Of a stretch of DNA of 60,971 nucleotides, positions 18,424-28,134 are shown piece after piece (position 1 is the stretch's first letter; every line of letters begins with the position of its first letter). Source of the DNA: an uncultured virus (IMG/VR IMGVR_UViG_3300038423_000674). Taxonomy: Duplodnaviria > Heunggongvirae > Uroviricota > Caudoviricetes. Location: IMG/VR virus record IMGVR_UViG_3300038423_000674. One strand, given 5' to 3'. The notes beneath the pieces are model-generated. The model saw nothing but the letters and a program-made list of their open reading frames with translations. It did no database searches and was not told the origin of the DNA. Position numbers and translations under genes: made by a program.

Positions 18424-20382
18424 CTAAAACTGCTTCGAAAAAGTCCCCGATTGCGTCTCATTGGGGTCTATCCCGACCATGACGGCATGGGACGGGTCGA
18501 TCAGATAGATTGCAAAGTTTCCAGCTCCCTGACCAAAACCCACCACCCCCCTGCCGTTTGCTTGAATGGGCTGGACAACCGTTCCGGCTGAAATTATGCC
18601 GTTGGTGCCATCATAGAATGGGCAAGACGTACCAACTGAGGAAACCACCCAAGATTCGAATGCAAAAAAGATGCTTCCACTCTCTTCGGTACGCATGATT
18701 CCTACACTAGAAAAAACCCCCGTGGGGTTGGTACCAGACACCAAAAATGCATACGTCCCATTAAGGGACGAATTAGAAAATGGTATTCCTTGCTGGAGGA
18801 AAGAGCGTCCTATGACAACGCCGCCAGCCGTATCTATCACATATGCCTCATCCGAGGATGCCATATAAAAGTCGATGGTATCGTTCCAGGAACTGCCCTG
18901 AACTGTTACTTTGCCAATCCCGTTAGAATCAATGCTATAGGAACCTGACAAGCTTTCCGCCGCAAATACCGATCCACCTCCACTTATATCTGCTATCCCA
19001 CTTATACCTCCGCTCCCGTCAAACACGACCCTTCCGACTTCCTGTATGGCTCCGTAATCCTCCAATCCGGAGAGCACGAACACATAGCTTCCCGCCAAGG
19101 AAGATGTCGAAAACGTTCCTTGCTGTTTCTCCGCCCATCCAGTTAGCTGGTCCCCAACAGAATCATTTGAAACAATCGCCAGCTTGTTGGCCGAAATCGG
19201 ATAAAAGGCGAAAGAGGACGTTCCCAAAGAGCTGTTTGTGGTTATCGTTCCCTGCCCATTGTTATAGGTCGCTGTCCCCAAAAAGGAGGCCTTGGACAGG
19301 CTTGCCAATCCGGTTCCTTCGACGAAATCCTCGGAGCCCGACACAGTACCATGTTGATCGACAGAAAGTATCCCTACCGCGGCAGCCACAGTCCATGGTT
19401 GTACATGTCCGTTGAAACTGAATACCCAGCTTCCGGAGAACGAGGCAAGGTCAAGGTTTGCTATCTCGTCTTGTTTGACGAATTTCCCAATGCCCTTGAC
19501 GCCCCAGCCAAGCGTAACGAGGCGTCCGGACCCAGCCTCATCTAACGAGAAATATAGGTCAATGCCCCCATCAGTGGAGATATGTCCGTCTCCTCCGGAG
19601 TCCACTTGATAGGTTCCCGTAAAGTTGTTCCCGTTTCCCCACCCCCAAGCCACTCCTATGCCAGTAACATTGCCGTTACCATCAGATGTCATTTTTCCCA
19701 CGAAGGAATATTCAGTCGCATTATCATCATGAAATTCCAGCACGTAGACTCCAGCAAGACTTGCGTTAGATGGGGTGGAAACCACGGTCACTATCGTGCT
19801 GCCAACCTTAGTTGCATCTTCCGTTGATGTAGCAGTGATGGTCACCGTATTGGCTGTGACGGGTGCGGTGAACAACCCCGAAGAATTGATCGTCCCCGCG
19901 CTTGCGGACCATGTGACGGTCGAGCTGTAGGTCCCCGTTCCCGTGACCGTCGCCGTGCATTGCGAGGTCTGCCCGGTTTCGACTGAGGCGGGAGTGCAGG
20001 AGACGGAGACAGAGGTGACAACCGGCAAGATGGTCAACACAAAGCTCTGGACCGCATTGGGCAATACGCCGTTTGATGCAGTGAAAGTGATAGGGAACGA
20101 GCCGCTTTCCATAGGCGTTCCACCCAGGATGCCAGCAGCAAATGTTACACCGGTAGGAAGCGCCCCCAATTCCGTGATGGTCGGGACGGGCGTTCCAGTA
20201 GCAGTCACGATAAACGAGCCCACCGTGCCAACAGTGAATGTCGTACTGCTAGCACTGGTGATTGCCGGAGCCACTTGAGACGGAGGTGGTGGGGCGAAAT
20301 TGCTTGAGCCTCCCCCACCGCATCCGAGATAAAAAGCCACAAACATTGCCAACAAAACTGACACCAAGATAGGATGTTTCAT
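18424..20382 (-). CDS. Ig-like domain lipoprotein, probably host-derived
   Basis: Lipobox LGC-GGGGSS; Ig domains; repeated (L/F)xGxY(V/A)F beta units; clearly lower GC than its flanks. Confidence 0.75.
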   Translation of the reverse strand: MKHPILVSVLLAMFVAFYLGCGGGGSSNFAPPPPSQVAPAITSASSTTFTVGTVGSFIVTATGTPVPTITELGALPTGVTFAAGILGGTPMESGSFPITFTASNGVLPNAVQSFVLTILPVVTSVSVSCTPASVETGQTSQCTATVTGTGTYSSTVTWSASAGTINSSGLFTAPVTANTVTITATSTEDATKVGSTIVTVVSTPSNASLAGVYVLEFHDDNATEYSFVGKMTSDGNGNVTGIGVAWGWGNGNNFTGTYQVDSGGDGHISTDGGIDLYFSLDEAGSGRLVTLGWGVKGIGKFVKQDEIANLDLASFSGSWVFSFNGHVQPWTVAAAVGILSVDQHGTVSGSEDFVEGTGLASLSKASFLGTATYNNGQGTITTNSSLGTSSFAFYPISANKLAIVSNDSVGDQLTGWAEKQQGTFSTSSLAGSYVFVLSGLEDYGAIQEVGRVVFDGSGGISGIADISGGGSVFAAESLSGSYSIDSNGIGKVTVQGSSWNDTIDFYMASSDEAYVIDTAGGVVIGRSFLQQGIPFSNSSLNGTYAFLVSGTNPTGVFSSVGIMRTEESGSIFFAFESWVVSSVGTSCPFYDGTNGIISAGTVVQPIQANGRGVVGFGQGAGNFAIYLIDPSHAVMVGIDPNETQSGTFSKQF

Positions 20383-20473
20383 GCTACTCTCCTTTATATG
20401 GAATGTCTCGCTTTTCTCAACGAGATTCCCATAATGATTATACATTGTGAAAAACCCGATTGCAGAAGATTCT

Positions 20474-22411
20474 TCAGGCAACGCCGATCTCCGCCAAAAA
20501 CCTGCTTGGGGCCACGGTCCTAGTGCCGGGCCCGTACTGCTCCACCTCGTGAATGCAGATCGCCAGGGCGTCCTTCGCCCTCGTGCAAGCCACATAAAAC
20601 AAACGCCTTTCTTCCTCAATTTCTGATAATAAACTCATACTAAATCTATGGGGTAATGACCCCTCTGTTACGTTAGTAACATACACCCTCCGCCATTCCA
20701 GGCCCTTGGCCGAATGGATGGTGCTGATCACCACCTCCCCCCCGTCGTCCTCCCCCTCCCTTTCCTCCTCCGTCGCCCTGTCCATGGTCAATTGGAACAC
20801 GAGGTCCTCGGCCGAGAGGCCGTCCTCACACAGCGTTGCCACGAGGGCCAGGAACCGGTCGACGTTCTCCGCCTTGGCCTTGGCCTTGCCCGCCTCCCGG
20901 AAGTACTTCCTGGAGATGTGGTCCTTGTAGCCAAACAGCCTCACGATGGCCTCCAGGGCGGCGGCGGGGTCGGCCAGCTCCGCCATGGCCTGCCTCATCC
21001 CGTCGTGGAACGAAAGCAGCCTGTCCTCCTCCCCGCACGCCTCCACGAGGTCGCCCCCGTAGAGGGCCCCGGCAGCCTTGCGAAGCCTCTCCAGGGAGAC
21101 GTCCCCCACCCCCCTCTTCGGGGCCCCCACGGCCCTCGCGAACGCCGTGAAGTCCCTGGGGTTGACCGCCAGCCGGAAGTACGCCAGAACGTCCTTGGCC
21201 TCCTCGGTCTGGAGCAGCCCCTTGCCCCCCCTCACGACGTAGGGGATGCGGAGCCTCACGAGCTCCCCCTCTATGTCCCTCACCTGGATGGCGCTGCGCA
21301 CCAGGATGGCGTTCTCCCGGTATGGTACAGCTTGACTGTCGCGGCGTATCTCCTGGGCGATGGTGAAGGCAATGTCCTTGGGGGTGGCGGCCCTGATCAG
21401 GCGGGTGCTGCCGGACAGGACCTCCGTCCCGACGTCGTCGAGCCCCCGGAACAGCGCCATCCTCAGGGGGATGGTCTCGGTCATCGTGGCGTTGATCTTG
21501 TTGCCCAGGCGGATGATGCTGGGCAGGCTGCGGTGGTTCCGGGAGATGCGGTAGAGGTCCGGCACCAGCCCCCGCCAGCCCTCGCTGAACTCCCTAAGTA
21601 GTTTAGGCTCAGCGCCCTGGAATCCATAAATCGACTGGCTAATATCTCCCACACAATAGAGGTTGGGGTTATCGTCCGCCAGCAGCAGGTTGATGAGCCT
21701 CCACTGCACGGGGGAGGTGTCCTGGGACTCGTCCTGGAGGACGTGGTGGAACCTGCGCTGGAGGGCGGCCCGCCAGGAGGCGTCGCCCTCCCCCCGCCGC
21801 ACGACCAGTATGACCATGTCGTCGAAGTCGACAAGGTTGGCGGCCTTCTTCATTTCCTCGAACTGCCCCCACAGGCCGACCTCCCAGTCGTCCATGGCGT
21901 GGTACCCCCCGTGGCGCTCCTGCGCCTCGTCGTCGACCTCCTTCGTGTAGTCCGCGGCGAAGCCGACCCCCCTCGCCCGGTGGTAGCCTATCTTCTCCAG
22001 CACCCTCCATGCGTTCATGTCCACGCCCCGGACGGGCGGGGTCCTTTCGATGAGCTTCTTCATCGCCTGCCCCTGGTCGTAGTCATCCATGGGCGTCACC
22101 CTGCCGTCGAACCCGAAGCCCTCGGGGTCCTTGCGGATGGCGTTCAGGGCGAGGCTGTGGATGGTGCTGATGTGGGGACGGGACTCCGGGCTGGCGTCGT
22201 CCGCCAGGCCGAGGCGCGACGCCAGCGTGCCCGCGGCCTTGTTCGTGAAGGTCACGACCCCGATCCTCAGGGGCGGGACGCCCTGCTGGATGAGCCAGCG
22301 CACCCTTTCCGTGAGGGTGGTCGTCTTCCCGCTGCCCGCCCCGGCGATGAGGCAGGCGGGCCTCCCGATGGGATGGCCCACGGCCGTGAGCTGCTCCTCG
22401 TTGAGCGTCAT
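20474..22411 (-). CDS. uvrD: UvrD/PcrA/Rep family SF1 helicase
   Basis: LNEEQ; AGAGSGKT; VTFTNKAA; DESQD; VGDISQSIYGF; NHRS; STIHSAKGLEW; EERRLFYVACTRA. Confidence 0.95.
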   Translation of the reverse strand: MTLNEEQLTAVGHPIGRPACLIAGAGSGKTTTLTERVRWLIQQGVPPLRIGVVTFTNKAAGTLASRLGLADDASPESRPHISTIHSLALNAIRKDPEGFGFDGRVTPMDDYDQGQAMKKLIERTPPVRGVDMNAWRVLEKIGYHRARGVGFAADYTKEVDDEAQERHGGYHAMDDWEVGLWGQFEEMKKAANLVDFDDMVILVVRRGEGDASWRAALQRRFHHVLQDESQDTSPVQWRLINLLLADDNPNLYCVGDISQSIYGFQGAEPKLLREFSEGWRGLVPDLYRISRNHRSLPSIIRLGNKINATMTETIPLRMALFRGLDDVGTEVLSGSTRLIRAATPKDIAFTIAQEIRRDSQAVPYRENAILVRSAIQVRDIEGELVRLRIPYVVRGGKGLLQTEEAKDVLAYFRLAVNPRDFTAFARAVGAPKRGVGDVSLERLRKAAGALYGGDLVEACGEEDRLLSFHDGMRQAMAELADPAAALEAIVRLFGYKDHISRKYFREAGKAKAKAENVDRFLALVATLCEDGLSAEDLVFQLTMDRATEEEREGEDDGGEVVISTIHSAKGLEWRRVYVTNVTEGSLPHRFSMSLLSEIEEERRLFYVACTRAKDALAICIHEVEQYGPGTRTVAPSRFLAEIGVA

Positions 22412-22800
22412 AGGCCCGCTTTTTCCATGATTCGATCCTTGAGGCTTGCACTTGCCGCCACGGACTCCGCAAACTTCCTGATGAGCTGGGCTACGGCCTC
22501 GTTGGGGTCCTTCCCGTCCTCCCACCACACCGATACCCGGACGTCCTGCCTGTTGTATTCCTCGCCAAAGAAGTCGGCGCTGAACCGGGGCTGCCCGTCG
22601 TTGGTTGTAGTGGGGTAGACCTTGATGCCCAGGGCACGGGAGACGATCTCGTAGTGCCAGTCCATGCGCTTCCAGACATGGATTTCCCAATCGTTGCCGA
22701 CCCTCATGCCTTGGACGAGCAGGCTGCCCCGGCTTACGGCATCCTCCTCCGACTCGGGGTTGTTCACCACGGCTTTTAGCTGCTCCTCGTTGAGCTCCAT
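22408..22800 (-). CDS. Hypothetical protein with a UvrD-like N-terminal decapeptide
   Basis: MELNEEQLKAV; AGGAG RBS. Confidence 0.65.
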   Translation of the reverse strand: MELNEEQLKAVVNNPESEEDAVSRGSLLVQGMRVGNDWEIHVWKRMDWHYEIVSRALGIKVYPTTTNDGQPRFSADFFGEEYNRQDVRVSVWWEDGKDPNEAVAQLIRKFAESVAASASLKDRIMEKAGL

Positions 22801-22807
22801 CCGGCTC

Positions 22808-23635
22808 CTATCCTTCCTCGATCTTCTTCTCGGCGACCGGGACGAACCCCGGGACCGTCTCGATGCCCACCCAGTGCCTGCCCAGCCTCTTGGCGGCCAG
22901 GCAGGTCGTCCCGCTGCCGCAGAAGGGATCCAGCACCGTCTCCCCGGGCAGCGTGAAGAGCCTGATGAACCATTCCGGAAGCCCCACGGGAAAGACGGCG
23001 CTGTGGGACTGGTTGGTGAACTCGGGGGAGAGGTAGACGACGTTCGTCGGCAGGACCATGTCCTTGCCGATCCATCGCGCCCTATTCCTCCCAAACCCGC
23101 TTCCCGTCTTCGTTTCCTTCCGTACGTCCTCCCTGCCGTCCGCCCGGGCGCTGGACTCCGCCCTCCGCACCGTGCTCTCGGCGGCCGGGACCATCACCGC
23201 CTCCTGGTGCATGGAGAACGACCTCTGTTTGGTGAAGTGGTAGCAGTGCTCCCACGCGTCCCGGAACCGGTTGGGCCACTTCCCGGGCATCGCCGTCGCC
23301 TTGTGCCAGATGTACTCCTCGACCCACAGCCATCCCTGCCTCCTGAGCGCCATGACCAGCTCCATGACGTAGGTCTGGCGCTCCCCGTCCTTGCAGCCTT
23401 CCTTGATGTTCAGGACGAAGGAGCCGGAGGGCCTCAGCACCCGGAGGAACTGCGCCGACCGCGGCAGGAACCATCCGACGTACTTGTCCGCCTCGATCCC
23501 CCCGTAGGTATGGGAGCGCTTGTCGGCATAGGGAGGGGAGGTGACGACGAGGTCGACGCAGGCGTCGGGGAAGCACGCGAGGACGTCGAGGCAGTCCCCC
23601 TCGATGACCCGGTCCGGGACGAAGGCAGGCTCCAC
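22808..23635 (-). CDS. Beta-class DNA N4-C/N6-A methyltransferase
   Basis: VTSPPY, HSAVFP, VLDPFCGSGTT. Confidence 0.9.
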   Translation of the reverse strand: MEPAFVPDRVIEGDCLDVLACFPDACVDLVVTSPPYADKRSHTYGGIEADKYVGWFLPRSAQFLRVLRPSGSFVLNIKEGCKDGERQTYVMELVMALRRQGWLWVEEYIWHKATAMPGKWPNRFRDAWEHCYHFTKQRSFSMHQEAVMVPAAESTVRRAESSARADGREDVRKETKTGSGFGRNRARWIGKDMVLPTNVVYLSPEFTNQSHSAVFPVGLPEWFIRLFTLPGETVLDPFCGSGTTCLAAKRLGRHWVGIETVPGFVPVAEKKIEEG

Positions 23636-23803
23636 GCTATGCCTCCCCGAGGCATTCCACTTCCCACCGCCAGCACTTGGCATCCCTGCCGAGCACGGCG
23701 GCCCTGCGCTCCGCCTCGTAGTGGTTGGACGCAGGAAACCTGAAGACCTTCCAGGCCTTCGCGGCGCTGTTCTTGAACAGGGACACCTTGTAGCGGTACT
23801 TCA

Positions 23804-24499
23804 TTATTCGGTAGCTGTAGGGCATAAGGTCCCTTTCTTCCTGAATACCAGGAAATAGGAGTGGTTCTTCCTGGCGTGGAGCTGCCTCTTCATCCTGCTG
23901 ACGCCGGGCCTGCCCTTCCTCACCACCACGAACAGGTCGTCGGCCTCGAAGCCCATCCCGGCTAGCCGGTTTATGATCTCGACGTGGGCGAGCCGCTGCC
24001 GGCCGGCGCACACCTCGTCCTGGCACTTCACTATGTAGACGCCCCCCGGGCGGAGCACCCGCCTCGCCTCCTCCGCCGCCTCGAAGTAGAGCTCCAGCAC
24101 CGCGTCGTGGTACTTCTTCGTACTACGCTCTTTTGCGTTACGCAAAGATGCGTAACGCTCGTTGTTCTTGTAGTTCGGCTCGTATTCCTGGTGGCCCTTG
24201 TGGGCCGTCCCCCCCGAAAGGTGCATGTACGGCGGGTCGAAGACGATGCACTCGGCGCTCCCGGCGACGTAGGGAAGGCTGCGGCAGTCCACGCCCGTGG
24301 AGATGTCGGACGCCCATACCTCGTAGAGGTCCCGGGGCACCTTCCTCCAGAACACCCCCTTGCCGTAGGTGACGTCGCAGACGACCGAGCCGGGACGCAC
24401 GTGCAGTTCGAGGATGCGGGGGAACACGTCGGCGTTGCCGCCCACGGAGGCGCTGAGCACGAGGTCGTTGGTGGGCCTTCCGGAAGGGCGCTTCCTCAT
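23804..24499 (-). CDS. Amino-DNA methyltransferase
   Basis: [39 protein letters not shown]. Confidence 0.8.
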   Translation of the reverse strand: MRKRPSGRPTNDLVLSASVGGNADVFPRILELHVRPGSVVCDVTYGKGVFWRKVPRDLYEVWASDISTGVDCRSLPYVAGSAECIVFDPPYMHLSGGTAHKGHQEYEPNYKNNERYASLRNAKERSTKKYHDAVLELYFEAAEEARRVLRPGGVYIVKCQDEVCAGRQRLAHVEIINRLAGMGFEADDLFVVVRKGRPGVSRMKRQLHARKNHSYFLVFRKKGTLCPTATE

Positions 24500-25065
24500 G
24501 GCCTGAAGTACCCCTCGACCAGCGTCTGCCGGTTGAACGTGTTGTACACCCATTCCCGCATCCCTTCCTGCAGCTTCTTGTGCCATTCCCCGAGGTTCCC
24601 AGTCGCCTCCCCCTTTTCCCTGGACAGGGCGACGTATTCCGGAAGGCTTCCGCACAGGCGAGCCAGGAAGAGGAACAGCCAGCAGGGAGTCATGACCAGG
24701 GCCAGCTTGTCGGCCAGGGCGAGCCTCGAAACCGGATGCCCGTCCCTCTTGGCAAAGAAGCGGGAATGGTAGAGGCAGAAGTCGTGCCAGAAAAGCGGCT
24801 CGTCGCCGGGGCACGAGAACTCCGGACGCTTCACGAGGTCGAACAGCCAATGGGCTATCTGCGCCCCGAGTTCCGGATGGGTGCTCCCTTCCTCCCCGTC
24901 CATGTTCGGCTTGCCCCAATATCCGAGGTCGTGGACGAAGAAGCAGACCCACAGCCTCGGGTCGCGGGGGAACCCGAACAGCCTCCACCAGGCGCGGGCG
25001 ACGAACAGGGGGTGGATCAGGAACTGGTGGTCCCCGAAAAGGATGCTTTTCGTCCCGACGTTCAT
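24496..25065 (-). CDS. HD-domain-like hydrolase
   Basis: H..HP, VHDLGYW, HPELGA, HSR, ADKL. Confidence 0.65.
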   Translation of the reverse strand: MNVGTKSILFGDHQFLIHPLFVARAWWRLFGFPRDPRLWVCFFVHDLGYWGKPNMDGEEGSTHPELGAQIAHWLFDLVKRPEFSCPGDEPLFWHDFCLYHSRFFAKRDGHPVSRLALADKLALVMTPCWLFLFLARLCGSLPEYVALSREKGEATGNLGEWHKKLQEGMREWVYNTFNRQTLVEGYFRP

Positions 25066-25430
25066 TCCGAGAATCCCTCGTAGCGGTGCCCGACCAGGCG
25101 GCACCGGTCCTCCAGCTTGTCCGAAGGGCACTGGTACACGTCCGACACGTTGGCCGTGAAGCTGGTGCCGGGGCGCAAGCGCCTGAAAAGCTCGGGATCG
25201 TTGACGATCATCCTCGACCCATCGTCGAACTGGATGACGATCTGATACACGTCCGTGGTGTATGCGGCATCGGGGGTGTACTTGAGGCTTACCACGGACG
25301 CCGGGGCCTGCCTCCGGGCCTCCTTCGTAAAGACCATCAATCCCAGCCATCGGGCGACGAGGGGAAAGAGGAGCGCAGCCAGGACCATCGTCGCAAGGAA
25401 CACGGGGACTATCAGGTGCTTTGCCTTCAT
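25062..25430 (-). CDS. Membrane-anchored hypothetical protein
   Basis: N-terminal TM; ATGA overlap. Confidence 0.55.
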   Translation of the reverse strand: MKAKHLIVPVFLATMVLAALLFPLVARWLGLMVFTKEARRQAPASVVSLKYTPDAAYTTDVYQIVIQFDDGSRMIVNDPELFRRLRPGTSFTANVSDVYQCPSDKLEDRCRLVGHRYEGFSE

Positions 25431-25523
25431 GTCGTCTTCCTTTCGGACGGGCTGGGCCCGTCCAATGGCAAATACCACGCCTTCGGGGAATGGCATCACT
25501 TGCGGATTGGCACTGGGACGGGG

Positions 25524-25970
25524 CTATTTGTCGTGGCTTTGCTTTTCGACCCGGGCATGCGCCCTGCGGAGGATGTCCACGGCGGCCGCCACCAGGTCCG
25601 CGGCGGCCTCGTCCACGGTGGCCACATCCGTGGCTTGATTCGACAAGTCCCTGATGGCGTCGTCCAGGCCCCTTTCGCAGCGCTCCTCCGTGCTCGGCTT
25701 CTTCCGGCAAGCCTTCATCTTCGCCATGTGGGCGCTCTTTTCGACGTACGCAACGGCGTCCCCGAACGTCGTCAGCGCCTCCTCCTCCCCGTCCGCTATG
25801 TCGATGTCGAACTCCTCCTCGACCGCCAGCACGAGTGCCACGAGGTCGAACGAATCCGCGCCCATGTCGTCGACGAAGCGGGCCGCGGGGGTGACGTCGC
25901 CCTCGTCGGGCCTGAGCTGCTCGACGACGATCTTCCTGAGCCTGTCCTCTATCGTGGGGAGCTTGTTCAT
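25524..25970 (-). CDS. acpP: Acyl carrier protein with a C-terminal extension
   Basis: IVVEQL...FVDDMGADSFDLVALVLAVEEEFDIDI...TFGDAVAYV. Confidence 0.85.
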   Translation of the reverse strand: MNKLPTIEDRLRKIVVEQLRPDEGDVTPAARFVDDMGADSFDLVALVLAVEEEFDIDIADGEEEALTTFGDAVAYVEKSAHMAKMKACRKKPSTEERCERGLDDAIRDLSNQATDVATVDEAAADLVAAAVDILRRAHARVEKQSHDK

Positions 25971-25980
25971 GCCGTTCTCC

Positions 25981-26199
25981 TTATCTGGTTGTCCCATGTT
26001 CCTTCAGGTCGGCCCTGGCGGCGGCTATGGCGTCCTTCGTCACGGGGGTCGGGCATATTGCCCGCAGTCCCTCGGGCCCCCGGCCTATCGCCTTCCGGAA
26101 GCCCGGGGCATGCAGCTCGACGAACTCGATCACGTCCTCCCGGTCGCCCTCGTAGAACCCGAAGTCCCAGCCGGGGCCCGTGGCGTGCCATATCCTCAT
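25981..26199 (-). CDS. Hypothetical protein
   Basis: GGAGG RBS; MRIWHATG... Confidence 0.55.
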   Translation of the reverse strand: MRIWHATGPGWDFGFYEGDREDVIEFVELHAPGFRKAIGRGPEGLRAICPTPVTKDAIAAARADLKEHGTTR

Positions 26200-26255
26200 T
26201 GCCCTTCCTCCTTTTCCAACGCTTCCCGACACGATCTTCTGATCGCACAATACCC

Positions 26256-26693
26256 CTAGATTGGCTCCCCAAAGGCCCATAAATCCTGGTCTTCTACCTC
26301 TAGCTCGTCCAACCCGTGGTACCACAGCACTGTATTGGGCTCCAGCCGCAATTTTTTGAATTCGTCCCATTCCCAAAGCCGGGCGAACATCCGATTGCCC
26401 TTGAACATCGCATGTACGTCCACCATCCTTGACTCGCCCGACCAGAAATCCACCATCAGCCAAAACGGCTTGATGGGGGTGGCTTGCCTTATCGCATAGG
26501 GCCCATGCCTTTTGATTGCCCGCGGGGCGATGGCAACCCCGGCTTTTTTGTTCCTTAACTCCTGAGGGGCCGGGATTTTGACCATAGGCTTTCCGTATTG
26601 AGAGAGCAGCCAGTTGTCGTACATCAGACTTCGCACCGTCTTCTCTCCGCCTACTGGCATTTCGAACCAGTCCTTTATCTGCCCGATGCGCAC
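26256..26693 (-). CDS. DUF2442-like putative antitoxin
   Basis: WLMVDFWSGESRMVDV...F..L.....F......TVLW. Confidence 0.65.
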   Translation of the reverse strand: MRIGQIKDWFEMPVGGEKTVRSLMYDNWLLSQYGKPMVKIPAPQELRNKKAGVAIAPRAIKRHGPYAIRQATPIKPFWLMVDFWSGESRMVDVHAMFKGNRMFARLWEWDEFKKLRLEPNTVLWYHGLDELEVEDQDLWAFGEPI

Positions 26694-26694
26694 G

Positions 26695-26907
26695 CTAGAC
26701 AGAACTCCTCTCCCCCCTTTCCGTGGGCTTCAAATCCCATATGTTTATGGAGTAGGTCGTTCCTTTACCGGATCCCTCCCCGATTCTCACATGGAAGTGC
26801 GGGGGGTTGTGCTCCTTAGGAGGGTACTGAATCCTGAAACTCATCCCATTCCATCTGGAGACTTCTGGAAAGGCGCGTTTGCGAAGAAGGAAATTCTTGA
26901 GGATCAT
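26695..26907 (-). CDS. DUF4160-like putative toxin with an N-terminal leader
   Basis: EHNPPHFHV; directly upstream of the DUF2442-like gene. Confidence 0.65.
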   Translation of the reverse strand: MILKNFLLRKRAFPEVSRWNGMSFRIQYPPKEHNPPHFHVRIGEGSGKGTTYSINIWDLKPTERGERSSV

Positions 26908-27743
26908 CCCGTCTCCTGGTTTTTGCCCGACTCTTCTGCCTTCAATGCCTCCTGGTACAGCCTCCTGGCATTGGCCACGTGCTCCTCGGTCTGCGGCACG
27001 CCGCACTCGTTGATGGCCAGGAAGAGCCACAGGATGTCGGACCTCTTGACCCGGGCCGAGTCGAGCATGCAAGTCTGGACGTGCATCTCCGCGAAGGCCA
27101 GCTTGTCCTCGCGGGACAACTGGGCCCACAGCTTCCCCTCGTACCGGAACCTCCCCTCCATGAAGTCCAGGACGGCCCGGATGCGCTGCTTCCCGTCCAC
27201 GACCTCCAGCCTGTTCTCGGGGTAGGGATGCTCCACGAAGACGAACTTCCCGATGTCGGTCCGGTTGAGTATGGAGCGGATCAGGCGCTGCTTGTCCTTC
27301 AGGGTCCAGGCGTAGTCCCTCTGGTACTCGGGGTTCTCGATGAGCCCCCTGCGATAGCAGGTGAAGGCGAGGCTGCGGAGGTCCGTGGAGGAGTACTGGG
27401 CGTGGATGCGGGGGCGGGAGAACCTGGTCCTTTCCTCCGCCGCGAGGGGGGCGAGGTCCACCCACCAGACGATGCGGGGCTTCCGTCCGGCGTCGTAGAG
27501 CTTCCCGTAGATTTTCCCCTTGTCGTGGTAGCTGATGTGGTAGCGCACGCCGCCGTCGAGGACCTCCTCCACCCTGGCGTCGGCGAGCGCCCCGTACACG
27601 ACCTTTTCGCCCACGGAATAGACGTACGTGGGGTCGCGGGGGACGTGGTCGTCGGCATGGCGGGTCTGCCACTGCCCGTGCTCCTCCCTCAGGAGGCCCT
27701 CGTAGGTCTCGGGTTCTTCCGGCGCTTTCGATTTCCTGGCCAT
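26904..27743 (-). CDS. DUF262 (ParB/Srx-like) protein
   Basis: PEYQRDYAW...LIRSIL...VVDGKQR...FLAIN. Confidence 0.85.
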   Translation of the reverse strand: MARKSKAPEEPETYEGLLREEHGQWQTRHADDHVPRDPTYVYSVGEKVVYGALADARVEEVLDGGVRYHISYHDKGKIYGKLYDAGRKPRIVWWVDLAPLAAEERTRFSRPRIHAQYSSTDLRSLAFTCYRRGLIENPEYQRDYAWTLKDKQRLIRSILNRTDIGKFVFVEHPYPENRLEVVDGKQRIRAVLDFMEGRFRYEGKLWAQLSREDKLAFAEMHVQTCMLDSARVKRSDILWLFLAINECGVPQTEEHVANARRLYQEALKAEESGKNQETG

Positions 27744-27761
27744 GCCCTTCCTTCCTCCCGT

Positions 27762-28076
27762 CTACGTCTTGATTATGACGGCCCGCTCGGCCCTGTCGCA
27801 TTCCCACGGATCGCAATATTCGGTCCAGTTGCTCCCCGTGTCCACGGCGGACCTAGCCTTCCTGTGCTCCATGTGCTTCAGGACCGCGAACGGGGGGCCG
27901 AAGCCATGGTGCATGTCCTCCTCGGCGAGCACCAGGAGGTCGCCTTCCTTCTCCTCCAGCTCGGAGAGCGTCCGGATGAGGTCGCTGAGGCGCACCTCGA
28001 TCTGTTCGACCGTGTCCCCCGCCTGGTTCTCGGACGTGCCGACAACGTGGTAGTGCGGCGGCTTGCGGAATTCCAT
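27762..28076 (-). CDS. Hypothetical protein
   Basis: GGAGG RBS, 104 aa. Confidence 0.6.
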   Translation of the reverse strand: MEFRKPPHYHVVGTSENQAGDTVEQIEVRLSDLIRTLSELEEKEGDLLVLAEEDMHHGFGPPFAVLKHMEHRKARSAVDTGSNWTEYCDPWECDRAERAVIIKT

Positions 28077-28134
28077 ATACTTCCTCCCGGTTAACGTCGT
28101 CCGTCGAGATCGACGGCTATATAGACACGTAATA

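Noticed and set aside
20474..22411. Intein or intron in UvrD
   Set aside because: Motifs are contiguous at normal length and no splicing motifs are present.
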